Assembly: GCA_964493715.1 (NCBI GenBank)
Contig: CAZBPC010000003.1
Span: 54,577-118,576, forward strand
Direction of reading: 5' to 3'
From: an uncultured archaeon
Lineage (GTDB): Archaea; Asgardarchaeota; Lokiarchaeia; Sigyniarchaeales; SOKP01
DNA: 64,000 nt
Shown here in pieces: positions 39,022 through 49,213 of this stretch (positions are counted from its first letter, which is position 1; each line of letters opens with the position of its first letter). Under the pieces are notes generated by a model that did not search any database, was not told where the DNA came from, and was given only the letters and a program-made list of their open reading frames with translations. The position numbers were made by a program, and so were the translations under genes.

Positions 39022-41817
39022 TCATCTTCTTAATAACTTGTGCTTTAGTTCTTTATTTTTATATAACAAAATGATCCCAATCGGGATGAGAATCGGTAAA
39101 ACATAAAAAAGCATTAAATTTGTTGGCGAGAGCTCGATTGATACTTCAAAATAATATTGTACAATTGTTTCTCCTAAACTATCTCTTAGTTCAAAAGTGA
39201 AAGTTTTTGCAATGAAATCATATGGGTTTAGAGTCGGAACCACTTCTGCGATTATGCGGTTTACACCAGGAGCTAATCCTATTATATTTGTAGTCAACTT
39301 TTCTCCATTAACGTATAATGAAAAACTTTCGGAAGTTTCTTTATTATTTTTTATAATAAGCGTAAATGAAGCAATGTTTCCTTGGTTAACGACTTTAGGA
39401 AAGAACACACTTAATATCTCATAGCTAGGCAATATTTCTATTTCAATTGATTTCGTGTAATAAATTGTATTTCCTTTGGATATATCCATATCTACATTTA
39501 TGTAATTCTTAATTATGTCTTCAGAAACTAATAAATTATAATATTCAAACTTCACTTCATTTTTGAGTAAGGTGATTTCTTTTTTAATATTGAGTATATC
39601 CGGACCTCTAAAAGTCACATTCATAGATTGTGTATTATTAGGTAAAAAATTTATCATATTAAAGGATACATAGATGGTTTGACCTTTAACTACTTTATTT
39701 TGATATACAAAATCAGAGTAATCAAATGAATGACCAATATTCACATTTTTAATAACTTTTAAATATAAAATATTACCTAATTCAAATTTAAAGTTAATAT
39801 TGTGCGATCCAATGTTAGCACCTAACCTTGCTGTTATATTAAAAGAGACATTTGTTAATACCATAGATGGAAATAATAATATTTGAGATTCAGTATTAAT
39901 ATCGCCTTCCTCCATTGTTATATTTAAAGTTACATCGGTACTTCGCGTATTGTTTATAGGTAATGTTATATTGAAGGTTGGTCCTTGATACAATATATCT
40001 GGTAATCCCAAAATCGTATAATTTATTAAACCCGAAATAACATTAAAATTCTTTAATATTTGAGCAGTCGCAAACATTGAGGAGTTTGCATATATATACA
40101 AGTTATAATTCTGCCCAATTGGCATGGTATCGTTAATTGCATATTTGAAGTTTGTGATTTCTCCTGTAATCCCTTGATTCACTATTTCGAATAGAGTTCC
40201 ATTTGGATATTTAAATATGTAAGTTGCATCAGCAGAAGTTATATTAAATTCAAGTTTAGACGCTTGATAACTCATAGTTGTGTAATTAAAATAATTAAAA
40301 TCTTTTTCTACTTGATAAATAGTATCAATATTTAATTCATCCTCATTAAAGATAAAATCTGGTACTTCTGATGAAACATTAAACGTGGTTTTTAAACTTG
40401 TACTGCTAAAAAGCTCAAATGCTTCTATATAGGCATCAATTAATTTTAAATTTTCGTTTAGGCTTTTTCCATCATCTACGGGATTAATTCCATTAAATAT
40501 GGAATTAGCATAAGCATTAACAGATGGATCATAAAAACTGTTCTCAAATGTAGTATGAATATCAAACGCAGTATTATAATATGTGAGATTCCCCGTATAT
40601 TCGAATAATTTCAAGCATGCGAGCATATAGAGGGAATTTGCCTCAAGATCAACGTTTTGGTCAATAAGAGAGGACCAAATTCGGTCAGCACTGTAATAAT
40701 AAACATTATTTGAACCATATTCTAAATTTTGTTCTATTTGTTCATATGATTCAATTGCTTTATCTAATAATATCGACTCCGTCATTCCAGTTTCTAACCA
40801 ATACTCAAGTAAGGTAATGATTCCCAACGCATTAACATCCAAATATTTATATCTAGCTCCCGGTAAACCCGATGAATCCCAATCACTCTTAGCAAAATCA
40901 TAAAAACCATAGTCAAGATTATCCCACATTTTACTAAGTAATTTATCCATTGTCATATTAGCTAATTCATATGCTCTGTTCTTAATTACTGGATTTAAGC
41001 CTAACCGTTCATATGCATTCCTAATTTGCAGAGTAGCCAAAATTGCATATAAATTGCTTTTAGTGTCTTTATTCTCTGTAAAATCCGTAGAATTGAATGT
41101 TGAAAATCCTAAGTGATTAGCATCCCAAAATTGTGATGAATTAATTAAATAAAACATCTCATCAATTGAATCTTTAGGATATTGTATAGGGTTCGTACTA
41201 TATAAGGTTTTAATATCATCGCCAATATTTTCAATTAACATTGATATTGGCATCAAATTATCAATTAAAGATCTACGATCATCGCTGATTTGCTTAGTAG
41301 AATTATCGACTGCACTAACAAAACCATAAGAAAATTGGTTTTCCCCCTCATACCAAAAAGGAGATGTTTTTAATGCTAAATAATTCTTATATAAATCCTT
41401 CCATTCAAAATCATCCCTCAGTAGAGTGTTATAGAGTGTTAGTGTATCAATTGGATATACTGTATCATCTGTGATTGTTCCAGATGCATCCCCTGTTCTA
41501 AAATAGGTATCTACTCCCATTTCTAATTCGGTCTGATAATTTTCACTAAAAAATTGCCAAATTTTATTGAAATTAACTGTAAAAGGGTCCTGAAATAATG
41601 AAATCCCAGCAGAAGGATTTATCTCTAAATCATTCTCATTGTAAAATTCTTGGGAAGGGAGTTGCACTAATTGCATTTTATTTTGATAATTATTATGTAA
41701 AAAGTAAACAATATTGATTATCATAAAACTAATTAATACGAGAGACAAAATCTTCCTGAAATTATCTCGTTTTTTATTCCTCCTTAAATGAGGCATAATA
41801 TTAGATATAGAAATCAT
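39022..41817 (-). CDS. Large surface protein: (alpha/alpha)6-barrel-like domain, Ig-like stalk and C-terminal TM
   Basis: N-terminal basic patch plus TM; helical repeats with WD...GF/Y and LKLFEYTGNLTYYNTA; beta-rich C-half; terminal TM and basic tail. Confidence 0.65.
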   Translation of the reverse strand: MISISNIMPHLRRNKKRDNFRKILSLVLISFMIINIVYFLHNNYQNKMQLVQLPSQEFYNENDLEINPSAGISLFQDPFTVNFNKIWQFFSENYQTELEMGVDTYFRTGDASGTITDDTVYPIDTLTLYNTLLRDDFEWKDLYKNYLALKTSPFWYEGENQFSYGFVSAVDNSTKQISDDRRSLIDNLMPISMLIENIGDDIKTLYSTNPIQYPKDSIDEMFYLINSSQFWDANHLGFSTFNSTDFTENKDTKSNLYAILATLQIRNAYERLGLNPVIKNRAYELANMTMDKLLSKMWDNLDYGFYDFAKSDWDSSGLPGARYKYLDVNALGIITLLEYWLETGMTESILLDKAIESYEQIEQNLEYGSNNVYYYSADRIWSSLIDQNVDLEANSLYMLACLKLFEYTGNLTYYNTAFDIHTTFENSFYDPSVNAYANSIFNGINPVDDGKSLNENLKLIDAYIEAFELFSSTSLKTTFNVSSEVPDFIFNEDELNIDTIYQVEKDFNYFNYTTMSYQASKLEFNITSADATYIFKYPNGTLFEIVNQGITGEITNFKYAINDTMPIGQNYNLYIYANSSMFATAQILKNFNVISGLINYTILGLPDILYQGPTFNITLPINNTRSTDVTLNITMEEGDINTESQILLFPSMVLTNVSFNITARLGANIGSHNINFKFELGNILYLKVIKNVNIGHSFDYSDFVYQNKVVKGQTIYVSFNMINFLPNNTQSMNVTFRGPDILNIKKEITLLKNEVKFEYYNLLVSEDIIKNYINVDMDISKGNTIYYTKSIEIEILPSYEILSVFFPKVVNQGNIASFTLIIKNNKETSESFSLYVNGEKLTTNIIGLAPGVNRIIAEVVPTLNPYDFIAKTFTFELRDSLGETIVQYYFEVSIELSPTNLMLFYVLPILIPIGIILLYKNKELKHKLLRR

Positions 41818-41916
41818 ACTAAACGCTTTATAACTATTATTTTATATTTTTTATTCTAAGTATCTTTTTAAAAAATTTTCTTCTCTTTAAAATTTTTTTC
41901 TGCAAACTTCAGTTTT

Positions 41917-43455
41917 TTAGAGATATGTCAATATGTTATATTGCTTTATTTTTTTTTTCAAAAAATCTGTAATTTCTGGAATATTAATACGTTCTTGGCT
42001 CATTGAATCTCGATATCTAATGGTAACCGTCTCATCTTCGAGTGATTGAAAATCTACTGTAATGCAAAAAGGGGTTCCTAATTCGTCTTGTCTGCGATAC
42101 AACTTCCCGATTGCTCCTTTTTCATCATAAAAAGAATTTATTCTATTTTCAATCAATTTTGAATGTATATTCTTTGCTAGAGATCTAATCCTTTCTTCAT
42201 TCCTTTTTAATGGGAAAACCGCAACCGTGTTTGGAGCTAGTTGTAAACCTAATTTTAAGACAATCCTTTGATCATCCTTTTTTGTTTCTTTGATTTCTTC
42301 AACCTCAAATAAAGTTTCAAGTAAAGTATAAATAATTCGATCTGGACCAAATGCTATCTCAAGGATTTGAGGTACTTCTTTGCTTTTTGGGTCTAAACCC
42401 ATAGCAATTTCAAAATTTTCATTCGCAAATTTACCATGACATTTAAGATCATAATCAGTTCTGTCATGGATTCCACAAATCTCAACCCATCCAAATTGAT
42501 TAGTCTTAATTTCTAAATCCCAAGCATCATCAGCATAATGAGCTCTTTCATTAGGGGAATGTTGTCTTAATCTTATAATGTCATCAGTAAATCCTAAAAT
42601 CTTTGTAAGATAGTAACCTAAATACATACAATAAGCAAATGCTTGTTTTTTCAATATGCCATTTGATATAGCTTTATTAAGGGAGGTAATTTTTGGTTCA
42701 CTTAAATTATTATCTTGCATCTTCCAATCCAGAAGTGGTAAAAGAACATCTTTAATGTCTTCATAATCTTCAAATTCTATTTCTTGTTCTTTACTTATAA
42801 AAAGTTGTAACTCAAATTGATCAAATGCCCTCATGCGAAGGGTTTGTTGTCGGGGTGAAATTTCATTTCTATATGCTTTTCCATATTGAAAAACTCTTAT
42901 AGGGTATTGCCTTCTTGCATCTTGGTCTAAGCGATTAAATAAAAGATAGGTCGTTGTTGCTGTTTCTGGTCTCAAATATACCGTATTTCCTGCACCTACA
43001 TGTGTTTTAAGCATTAGGTTATATTCCTCAATATTTCCAAATGGAGTATCACACTTAGGACAAGTTATTTTATTATCTTTAACTAACTGATCCATTTTCT
43101 CATAAGACATACCATCAATCATTTGATCTGGGAATACTTCTTGCAGAAATTTATCTGCTCGCAAAAGATTAGCACAATTTGAACATTTTAATATTGGATC
43201 AATAAAGCGATCTAAATGTCCAGAGGCTTTCCACACAATCTCAGGCATTATGGTAGGACATTCTACTTCACCAAAACCGAAATATCTTAACTCCCTTCTG
43301 AATATAGATATTATGTTGTTTTTTAAAGCCATACCCGCTGGTCCATATGAATAAAATCCCGCTAAGCCACCATATATTTCTGGTGAGGGTCCCCATATAA
43401 ACCCTCTTCTCTTAATTAAAGAATTAAATGTTTCAATCTTATCTTCTATATTCAT
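41917..43455 (-). CDS. glyS: Glycine--tRNA ligase (homodimeric archaeal/eukaryotic type)
   Basis: KRRGF, YLRPETA, GKAYRNEISPRQ, ERAHYA, RTDYDL and anticodon domain YRRQDELGTPFCITVD. Confidence 0.96.
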   Translation of the reverse strand: MNIEDKIETFNSLIKRRGFIWGPSPEIYGGLAGFYSYGPAGMALKNNIISIFRRELRYFGFGEVECPTIMPEIVWKASGHLDRFIDPILKCSNCANLLRADKFLQEVFPDQMIDGMSYEKMDQLVKDNKITCPKCDTPFGNIEEYNLMLKTHVGAGNTVYLRPETATTTYLLFNRLDQDARRQYPIRVFQYGKAYRNEISPRQQTLRMRAFDQFELQLFISKEQEIEFEDYEDIKDVLLPLLDWKMQDNNLSEPKITSLNKAISNGILKKQAFAYCMYLGYYLTKILGFTDDIIRLRQHSPNERAHYADDAWDLEIKTNQFGWVEICGIHDRTDYDLKCHGKFANENFEIAMGLDPKSKEVPQILEIAFGPDRIIYTLLETLFEVEEIKETKKDDQRIVLKLGLQLAPNTVAVFPLKRNEERIRSLAKNIHSKLIENRINSFYDEKGAIGKLYRRQDELGTPFCITVDFQSLEDETVTIRYRDSMSQERINIPEITDFLKKKIKQYNILTYL

Positions 43456-43621
43456 TTTTTAATTTACTCCAACGCAATGGTTTTTAAAATGGTGTATAAT
43501 ATTTGTATTTTAAGAATCCAAATAATCAAAATTAATAAAATAAATTTTTATATAACAAAAAGATATTATTATAAATATTATATTAACTTTAATCAGTTCA
43601 AAATATACTTAAATTAATTAT

Positions 43622-44488
43622 TTGATAATCATGATACTCCAAGACATGCCATTTCAGTTTTTCACTCTCTGGAGCGGAATAGAAAGTGGGTTATATTATG
43701 CTATAATTGGTTTTTATGTTTTAATTTTCTTCTATTTCTTATTGATGCGATTTAGAACATCCAAGAAGATCTATTGGTTATTCTTTTCATTGTTATTTTT
43801 GTGCTTGGCAGTGGGTAGGGTTTTTTTCATAATATATTATTTTTATGCTCCAGAATTATATGGATTGCTGACAAATCCAGAATTAGTTAGTCTGTTGATG
43901 ATTTTATATAGATTCGCTACATTTTCTACATGGTTAGGAATAGCTTGCTTAATGGTAATATTAGGAATTCTTTTATTTCCACCATTAGCTGAAAATATTG
44001 AGAGTAAGAGGGGAACGAGTTTTAAAGAAAATTTAAAAAGTTTCCTAAGAATAAAAAGCGTGCGTTTAACTTTAAAACTTCTTTTAATTATCATACCCAT
44101 TTTTATTGGAGTAGCAGCACTTATCTTACCTGATGCACTTTTCATGGATCCCGACTTTGTTTCTAAATATGGAGTAAACGCATCAAGTTTAATTACAATC
44201 TTTGGATACCCCGCGGGAAGAGCTGTTCTTAATTTCATTTTATTACCAATTTTTGTTGCATTTATTCCATTCTTGTATTTATCATTAGCTAAGAGAACAT
44301 TTGGTGTTTTAAGAAGATCTTATGCTTTAAACGCAGTCGGATTTTTAATCTACTTTTTAGGTAGAATTCTACAAGGAGTACTCAGTTCGCTTGGATATTA
44401 CCATGTAAGTGCGACATTATCACCACTTCTAATATTATTATCCCTTCTGTTAATAGTTATTGCAAATAACTATGAACAACTCAAATAA
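43622..44488 (+). CDS. Membrane protein with about seven TM helices, function unknown
   Basis: Seven hydrophobic segments; no soluble output domain. Confidence 0.7.
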   Translation: MIIMILQDMPFQFFTLWSGIESGLYYAIIGFYVLIFFYFLLMRFRTSKKIYWLFFSLLFLCLAVGRVFFIIYYFYAPELYGLLTNPELVSLLMILYRFATFSTWLGIACLMVILGILLFPPLAENIESKRGTSFKENLKSFLRIKSVRLTLKLLLIIIPIFIGVAALILPDALFMDPDFVSKYGVNASSLITIFGYPAGRAVLNFILLPIFVAFIPFLYLSLAKRTFGVLRRSYALNAVGFLIYFLGRILQGVLSSLGYYHVSATLSPLLILLSLLLIVIANNYEQLK

Positions 44489-44653
44489 TAAGGTTCTTTC
44501 CTTATTATTTTTTTTAATTGAATTTCTAGAATATTAAAACAATAGAATAAAAGTATAAAATTTATAGTAATAATTAACTTGATTAATTTAATAACTTATG
44601 AAATAGAACTAAAATCTAGCTTTAAAATAAAATATTATTGAGGCGAATAAATC

Positions 44654-46282
44654 TTGTCTATTCATGGTAGTCAATATCTCTTGAATTTATTTAATGTGCC
44701 ATCAAATATCTCCCCTATTAATGAAAATGATGAATTAACATTAGCTTTTTATTTATTAACTAAGGATAAGAAAGAAGATGAAAAAATAACTAGCTTTTCA
44801 CGATTACTTTGGCCCTTTTTATGCATTCAAGGAGTTATTAGCACTCATATCATACTTGATGGGCTGTTGTTATTTTCAAGAAAAGGAAAATTGTCGAATC
44901 CTCCCAGACAACCGTTGATCGGGCATTTAATCAGAAACATAGAAAATCGAACTAAAATTGAACAACTTTCAAAAATTTATGAAGTATTAACTTATAAGGA
45001 TCTGGATGCGGAAGAAATAGGAGAAGGAGAAGAATCTGAATTTCAAAAATTGAATATAGAAAGCTTAATTCATCCTGGATTTCTGGAGACTTTAGCTAAA
45101 CTCTTACCACTTATCGATTATCAACCTATTATAGATTACATGCCTTTAGATTCGGCATTATCTACAGATCTAGCTTTAAACATAGCTGAAAAATATAGAA
45201 ATATGATTGATTATATGAAAGGAAACGCTTTACGTTGGGAAAACCAGATTGATTTAATTGGGAAAGAAGTTGATAAATGGTTAATCGAACTCAATGTACA
45301 AGTCAAAGATATTGAGTCGCGATATTCTTCCCAAATTACGAAAACAGAGAAAATAATTGATAATTCTCAAGTACGAGAGCAACTTGCTTTAGAGGGAGAT
45401 AAAATTGAGCAATGGAAAGGGGATGAAAAGAAAAAATTAATTGAAAGCATTTCTGTATTATTTAAAACAATAGAATACCAACTTGAGGGACCTATTAAAA
45501 AGAATAAAATGTTCACACAAAGTGATACTCTTAAAAGTCGAGTATTTGAAGATTTGATTAACACATTTGATAATCATTTTAAGTACTTGGAAACTGAAGG
45601 GCATAAGTATTTAGAAACAGTGGCAACATTAAGAGAAAAGTATATTGAAATCAAGGAACGAGGACCTCTCATTGATGAACAAGCAAAAATGAGATTGGCA
45701 GATTTAACTACTCATCTTAATTCAGAATTGCAAGCTCGTGATGTACATTTATCTGAATTTGAAATAGAAAAGCAACAAAAAATCTCTGAAATCAATAAAT
45801 TTAAAGAACAAATTGAAGAATTATATTCTCAAATAAAAACAATAATCAAAACAAAACAAAGTAATTGCTTACAAGAAGCAAGGGATCTCATAAGCTGGTC
45901 TTTAAACGACAATCAAGCTGAAATTTTTTCAAGACCTATTCAGTGGATTTACATGCCACTCTATGCAATGTTTATCGAAGATAATGAGACCATGGAAGAA
46001 AAATTACGCATAGTATTTCCTGGAAATGTTAATCAAGATCCCAATAATATCTATAATGAAATTTCTGAAGAATTGAAAATGCTTAAAAATCAAATTTATG
46101 AAAAGATAGAAGATGACATGGCTCTTAGATCCAATTTCGAATTTTCATGCGAAAATAAAAATATATTAGAGGATATAAACCTTAACAAGAAAATTCAGCA
46201 AGGAATCTCTATTCTAAGGAAGAAGAATATGATAAACGATGAAATCGAACAACAGATTCGCAATAATTTAAGCAATTTGTAA
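44654..46282 (+). CDS. Long coiled-coil protein with globular N- and C-terminal segments
   Basis: E/K/Q-rich heptad region (about aa 170-415) between LLWPFL- and WIYMPLY-containing segments. Confidence 0.7.
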   Translation: MSIHGSQYLLNLFNVPSNISPINENDELTLAFYLLTKDKKEDEKITSFSRLLWPFLCIQGVISTHIILDGLLLFSRKGKLSNPPRQPLIGHLIRNIENRTKIEQLSKIYEVLTYKDLDAEEIGEGEESEFQKLNIESLIHPGFLETLAKLLPLIDYQPIIDYMPLDSALSTDLALNIAEKYRNMIDYMKGNALRWENQIDLIGKEVDKWLIELNVQVKDIESRYSSQITKTEKIIDNSQVREQLALEGDKIEQWKGDEKKKLIESISVLFKTIEYQLEGPIKKNKMFTQSDTLKSRVFEDLINTFDNHFKYLETEGHKYLETVATLREKYIEIKERGPLIDEQAKMRLADLTTHLNSELQARDVHLSEFEIEKQQKISEINKFKEQIEELYSQIKTIIKTKQSNCLQEARDLISWSLNDNQAEIFSRPIQWIYMPLYAMFIEDNETMEEKLRIVFPGNVNQDPNNIYNEISEELKMLKNQIYEKIEDDMALRSNFEFSCENKNILEDINLNKKIQQGISILRKKNMINDEIEQQIRNNLSNL

Positions 46283-46317
46283 AATATTTCTGAGATGGTT
46301 AAAAAATTAAACCCGAG

Positions 46318-46953
46318 TTGAAAAACAGGTTAGATCTTAAAAAAACCACCTTAAGACAACTTTTTTCACATTTAGAAAGAGAAAAAGATCTTGAGGTTGA
46401 AAAAAAACTTCAAGGTATGGTATATATTCAAATGAGATTACCTATAGAAAAAATAACTAAAGAATTCGAAAATAATATCAAAAAGAAGATAGAAGCTAAT
46501 ATATATCAAGCTAAAATTAGAGAAGCCACTGAAAAAGACCTTGAAATAGTCACAGAAATTTATAACAAAGCATGGCTTACTTCTAGGACCCCATTTCGTC
46601 CAATAGAAAAAGAAACATTGAAAACTATATTTCATCATCAAGATACAATATTCTTGATAGCAAGAGTCTATGGAATGGATGCAGGTTTTGTTATCCTTGA
46701 TTTAGAAGGTGATAATAAGGAATATGGCGTTATAGCTGGACTTGGTATTATTCCACGTTATCAACGAAAAGGTTTAGGAACAATCTTAGGTTTAGCTGCT
46801 TGGAGTTATTTAAAAGAAAAAGGCATCAAAGAATTACGATGCGAAGTTTATAAAGATAATCAAGCGTCTTACCTGTTTATTAAAGGACTCCAATTTGAAG
46901 AGTTCGGAGAAAAAACATATCGAAAAGAAGATTTTGAACTAGAAGGAAATTAA
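46318..46953 (+). CDS. GNAT-family N-acetyltransferase (tandem paralog 1)
   Basis: IREATEKDL, PRYQRKGLG and EVYKDNQAS. Confidence 0.85.
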   Translation: MKNRLDLKKTTLRQLFSHLEREKDLEVEKKLQGMVYIQMRLPIEKITKEFENNIKKKIEANIYQAKIREATEKDLEIVTEIYNKAWLTSRTPFRPIEKETLKTIFHHQDTIFLIARVYGMDAGFVILDLEGDNKEYGVIAGLGIIPRYQRKGLGTILGLAAWSYLKEKGIKELRCEVYKDNQASYLFIKGLQFEEFGEKTYRKEDFELEGN

Positions 46954-47021
46954 TCGACAAAACTTCTTTACTGATGTATAACTCTTTTATTTAATGTTTA
47001 AAAGAATTGAAGTAGTGTATC

Positions 47022-47666
47022 ATGTCAAATTCAAATGATAGTTTTAAAAAGAAAGCTGTTAGAAGCCTATTTTTATCATTCAATAAAGAAGAAAAAACGA
47101 GGGATGACATAGATAATGAAATTCTGACTTCAGGAATGAAATATATTCAAATGCGATTGCCTGTAGAAAAAATAACGGATGAATTTGAAGCAGAGATAAG
47201 AAGAAATATTGAACGTGGCGTTATTAAAGCTAAAATTAGAGAAGCAAGCTCTAAAGATTTAGAAATTGTAGTATATTTACATAATAGAAGCTGGATGACG
47301 AGTTGCACTCCCTATGCCCCCATAACTCTAGAAACTCTTAAAAAGATTGCAAGTTTCCAAGAAACAGTCATCCTAATCGCAAGTGTATATGGTACTGATG
47401 GTGGATTTGCAATTTTAGATCTTGAAGGCCCTAATAAAGAATATGGAATCATAGCAGGTTTAGGAGTTATACCTCGCTTCCAACGAAAAGGACTTGGAAA
47501 AATCCTTGGAATGGCTGCTTGGAATCATTTCAAGAAAATAGGTGTGAAAGAGCTGCGTTGTGAAGTATATCACGAGAATAAAGCATCTTATAATTTTATT
47601 TCTTCACTAGGATTTGAAGAATTTGGTGTAAAAGTTTATCGTAATGAGGATTTTAATCTGGAGTAA
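47022..47666 (+). CDS. GNAT-family N-acetyltransferase (tandem paralog 2)
   Basis: IREASSKDL, PRFQRKGLG and EVYHENKAS; closely similar to the upstream gene. Confidence 0.85.
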   Translation: MSNSNDSFKKKAVRSLFLSFNKEEKTRDDIDNEILTSGMKYIQMRLPVEKITDEFEAEIRRNIERGVIKAKIREASSKDLEIVVYLHNRSWMTSCTPYAPITLETLKKIASFQETVILIASVYGTDGGFAILDLEGPNKEYGIIAGLGVIPRFQRKGLGKILGMAAWNHFKKIGVKELRCEVYHENKASYNFISSLGFEEFGVKVYRNEDFNLE

Positions 47667-47678
47667 AAAAGACTAAAT

Positions 47679-49106
47679 CTACCTGCCCTTATTTATTGAG
47701 CTTATTTTTTTATTGATTAATTCTATCTCAGAAGTGTCTTCAATCTCTTCAAGGAGCAATTTTGCACGTTCCAAGTAATCTAATGCGCTTTCTATATCAT
47801 GAGTAGCTATAGAGAGATCTCCTAATCTTTCAAGAATAAGTGCTGCCTGTTTGGATGCATCAAGTGATTCATATAGATTTAATGCTTTTTGATAATATTC
47901 AATAGCTTTATCTTTATTTTGAACATAATCACTATAGATCTTAGCAATCTTATTATTTAGTTCTGCCATTTTTTCTTTATCGCCGAATTTCTCATAGATA
48001 TCGATTGCATATCCGTAGTATTCAATTGCACTCTCATCTTCTCCTCTTAAAGCATGGAAACTGGCAATATCTTCTAAAATTATTCCTTCTTTAATGTGAT
48101 CTTGTATTTCGAAGGTACGAATAGTAGCTAAACTTTTTAGAAAGAAATCTTCAGCGTCAGTATCATTCTCCCACATGAGACTTAGTTTTCCTAAATAGAG
48201 GTAGCATTCCCACTCTAGACGCGCTTTATCATATATGGAAACTTGATCTTTAATTCTTTCTATTAAATCTAATGCTTCATTTAAGCATTTATAAGATTGG
48301 TCGTAGTAAACCTCTCCATAATAATAGTATAATTTTCCAAATTTAATGCGGGTTTGAATTATTCCATAGACATTTTCATTTTCTTTAAAGAAGCTCTCAT
48401 TTCTTTTCAGAATTTTAATAATTCTTTTATAATCTTTTAAAATGAATAATATTTCAACAAGATTGCTTGAAGTTCTTACAGCATCTAATTCATATTCGAA
48501 TTTTTCCGAGATGTCTAATGCTGCTTGATATTTATTATATGCTTCTTCCCACTCTTTTAAAACGTAATGTACATTCCCTAGATTATTTAATACCTGAATG
48601 ATTTTTTGTTGGTCATCAAGTTGTTTTAGAATTGAAAGAGCGGAATCAAAATTATAGATAGCTTGCTCAAAATAACCTCTTTCTTCGTGTAATAATCCAA
48701 TTTCATTATGAGTTATTGCTATATTCAGTAGATCATTATCTTCACTAAAATTTCTCAATGCAAGTTCAAGATTTTTTAAAGTAGATTCGAAATCTCGCTT
48801 TTTATAAAATACACTAGCTTTTTTGAGTAATAGATCTCCAATAGATTCACCCATTTGTTCTTTTTCCGTTAACTCCTGTTCGATTTTTTTTAAATTGTCT
48901 TCAATTTCTTCATCGTAATATGTTTGCGAATCATAAATATCTTCTTCAGCCCCTACTTCAGAGTAATAAAATGGACTTTCATCATGAGATTGCTGGATGC
49001 GTTTATTTAACTTAATATCTAGATCAGTTATTAAAGGTTTGTTGCAATAATGACAATATTTCCAATCCTTTTCAATTTCGTGTTTACAGTAATGGCAAAT
49101 TGGCAT
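47679..49106 (-). CDS. Zinc-ribbon plus tetratricopeptide-repeat protein
   Basis: CHYC...CHYC, acidic linker, and about 40-aa TPR units (LNNLGNVHY, AIEYYQKAL). Confidence 0.82.
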   Translation of the reverse strand: MPICHYCKHEIEKDWKYCHYCNKPLITDLDIKLNKRIQQSHDESPFYYSEVGAEEDIYDSQTYYDEEIEDNLKKIEQELTEKEQMGESIGDLLLKKASVFYKKRDFESTLKNLELALRNFSEDNDLLNIAITHNEIGLLHEERGYFEQAIYNFDSALSILKQLDDQQKIIQVLNNLGNVHYVLKEWEEAYNKYQAALDISEKFEYELDAVRTSSNLVEILFILKDYKRIIKILKRNESFFKENENVYGIIQTRIKFGKLYYYYGEVYYDQSYKCLNEALDLIERIKDQVSIYDKARLEWECYLYLGKLSLMWENDTDAEDFFLKSLATIRTFEIQDHIKEGIILEDIASFHALRGEDESAIEYYGYAIDIYEKFGDKEKMAELNNKIAKIYSDYVQNKDKAIEYYQKALNLYESLDASKQAALILERLGDLSIATHDIESALDYLERAKLLLEEIEDTSEIELINKKISSINKGR

Positions 49107-49213
49107 GTGTATTTGGGAGATATATTTTATTATACTATTTTTAATATAAAAAAAGTATATTCATTTATAATTAATTGACTTGAATCAATAGTTCTAAATT
49201 TATTAAACTCTAG

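Noticed and set aside
43622-44488. 7-TM protein as a rhodopsin or schizorhodopsin
   Set aside because: There is no retinal-binding Lys in the last helix and no RYxxW-type helix C motif.
44654-46282. SMC/Rad50-like ATPase
   Set aside because: No Walker A/B, ABC signature or zinc-hook motif.
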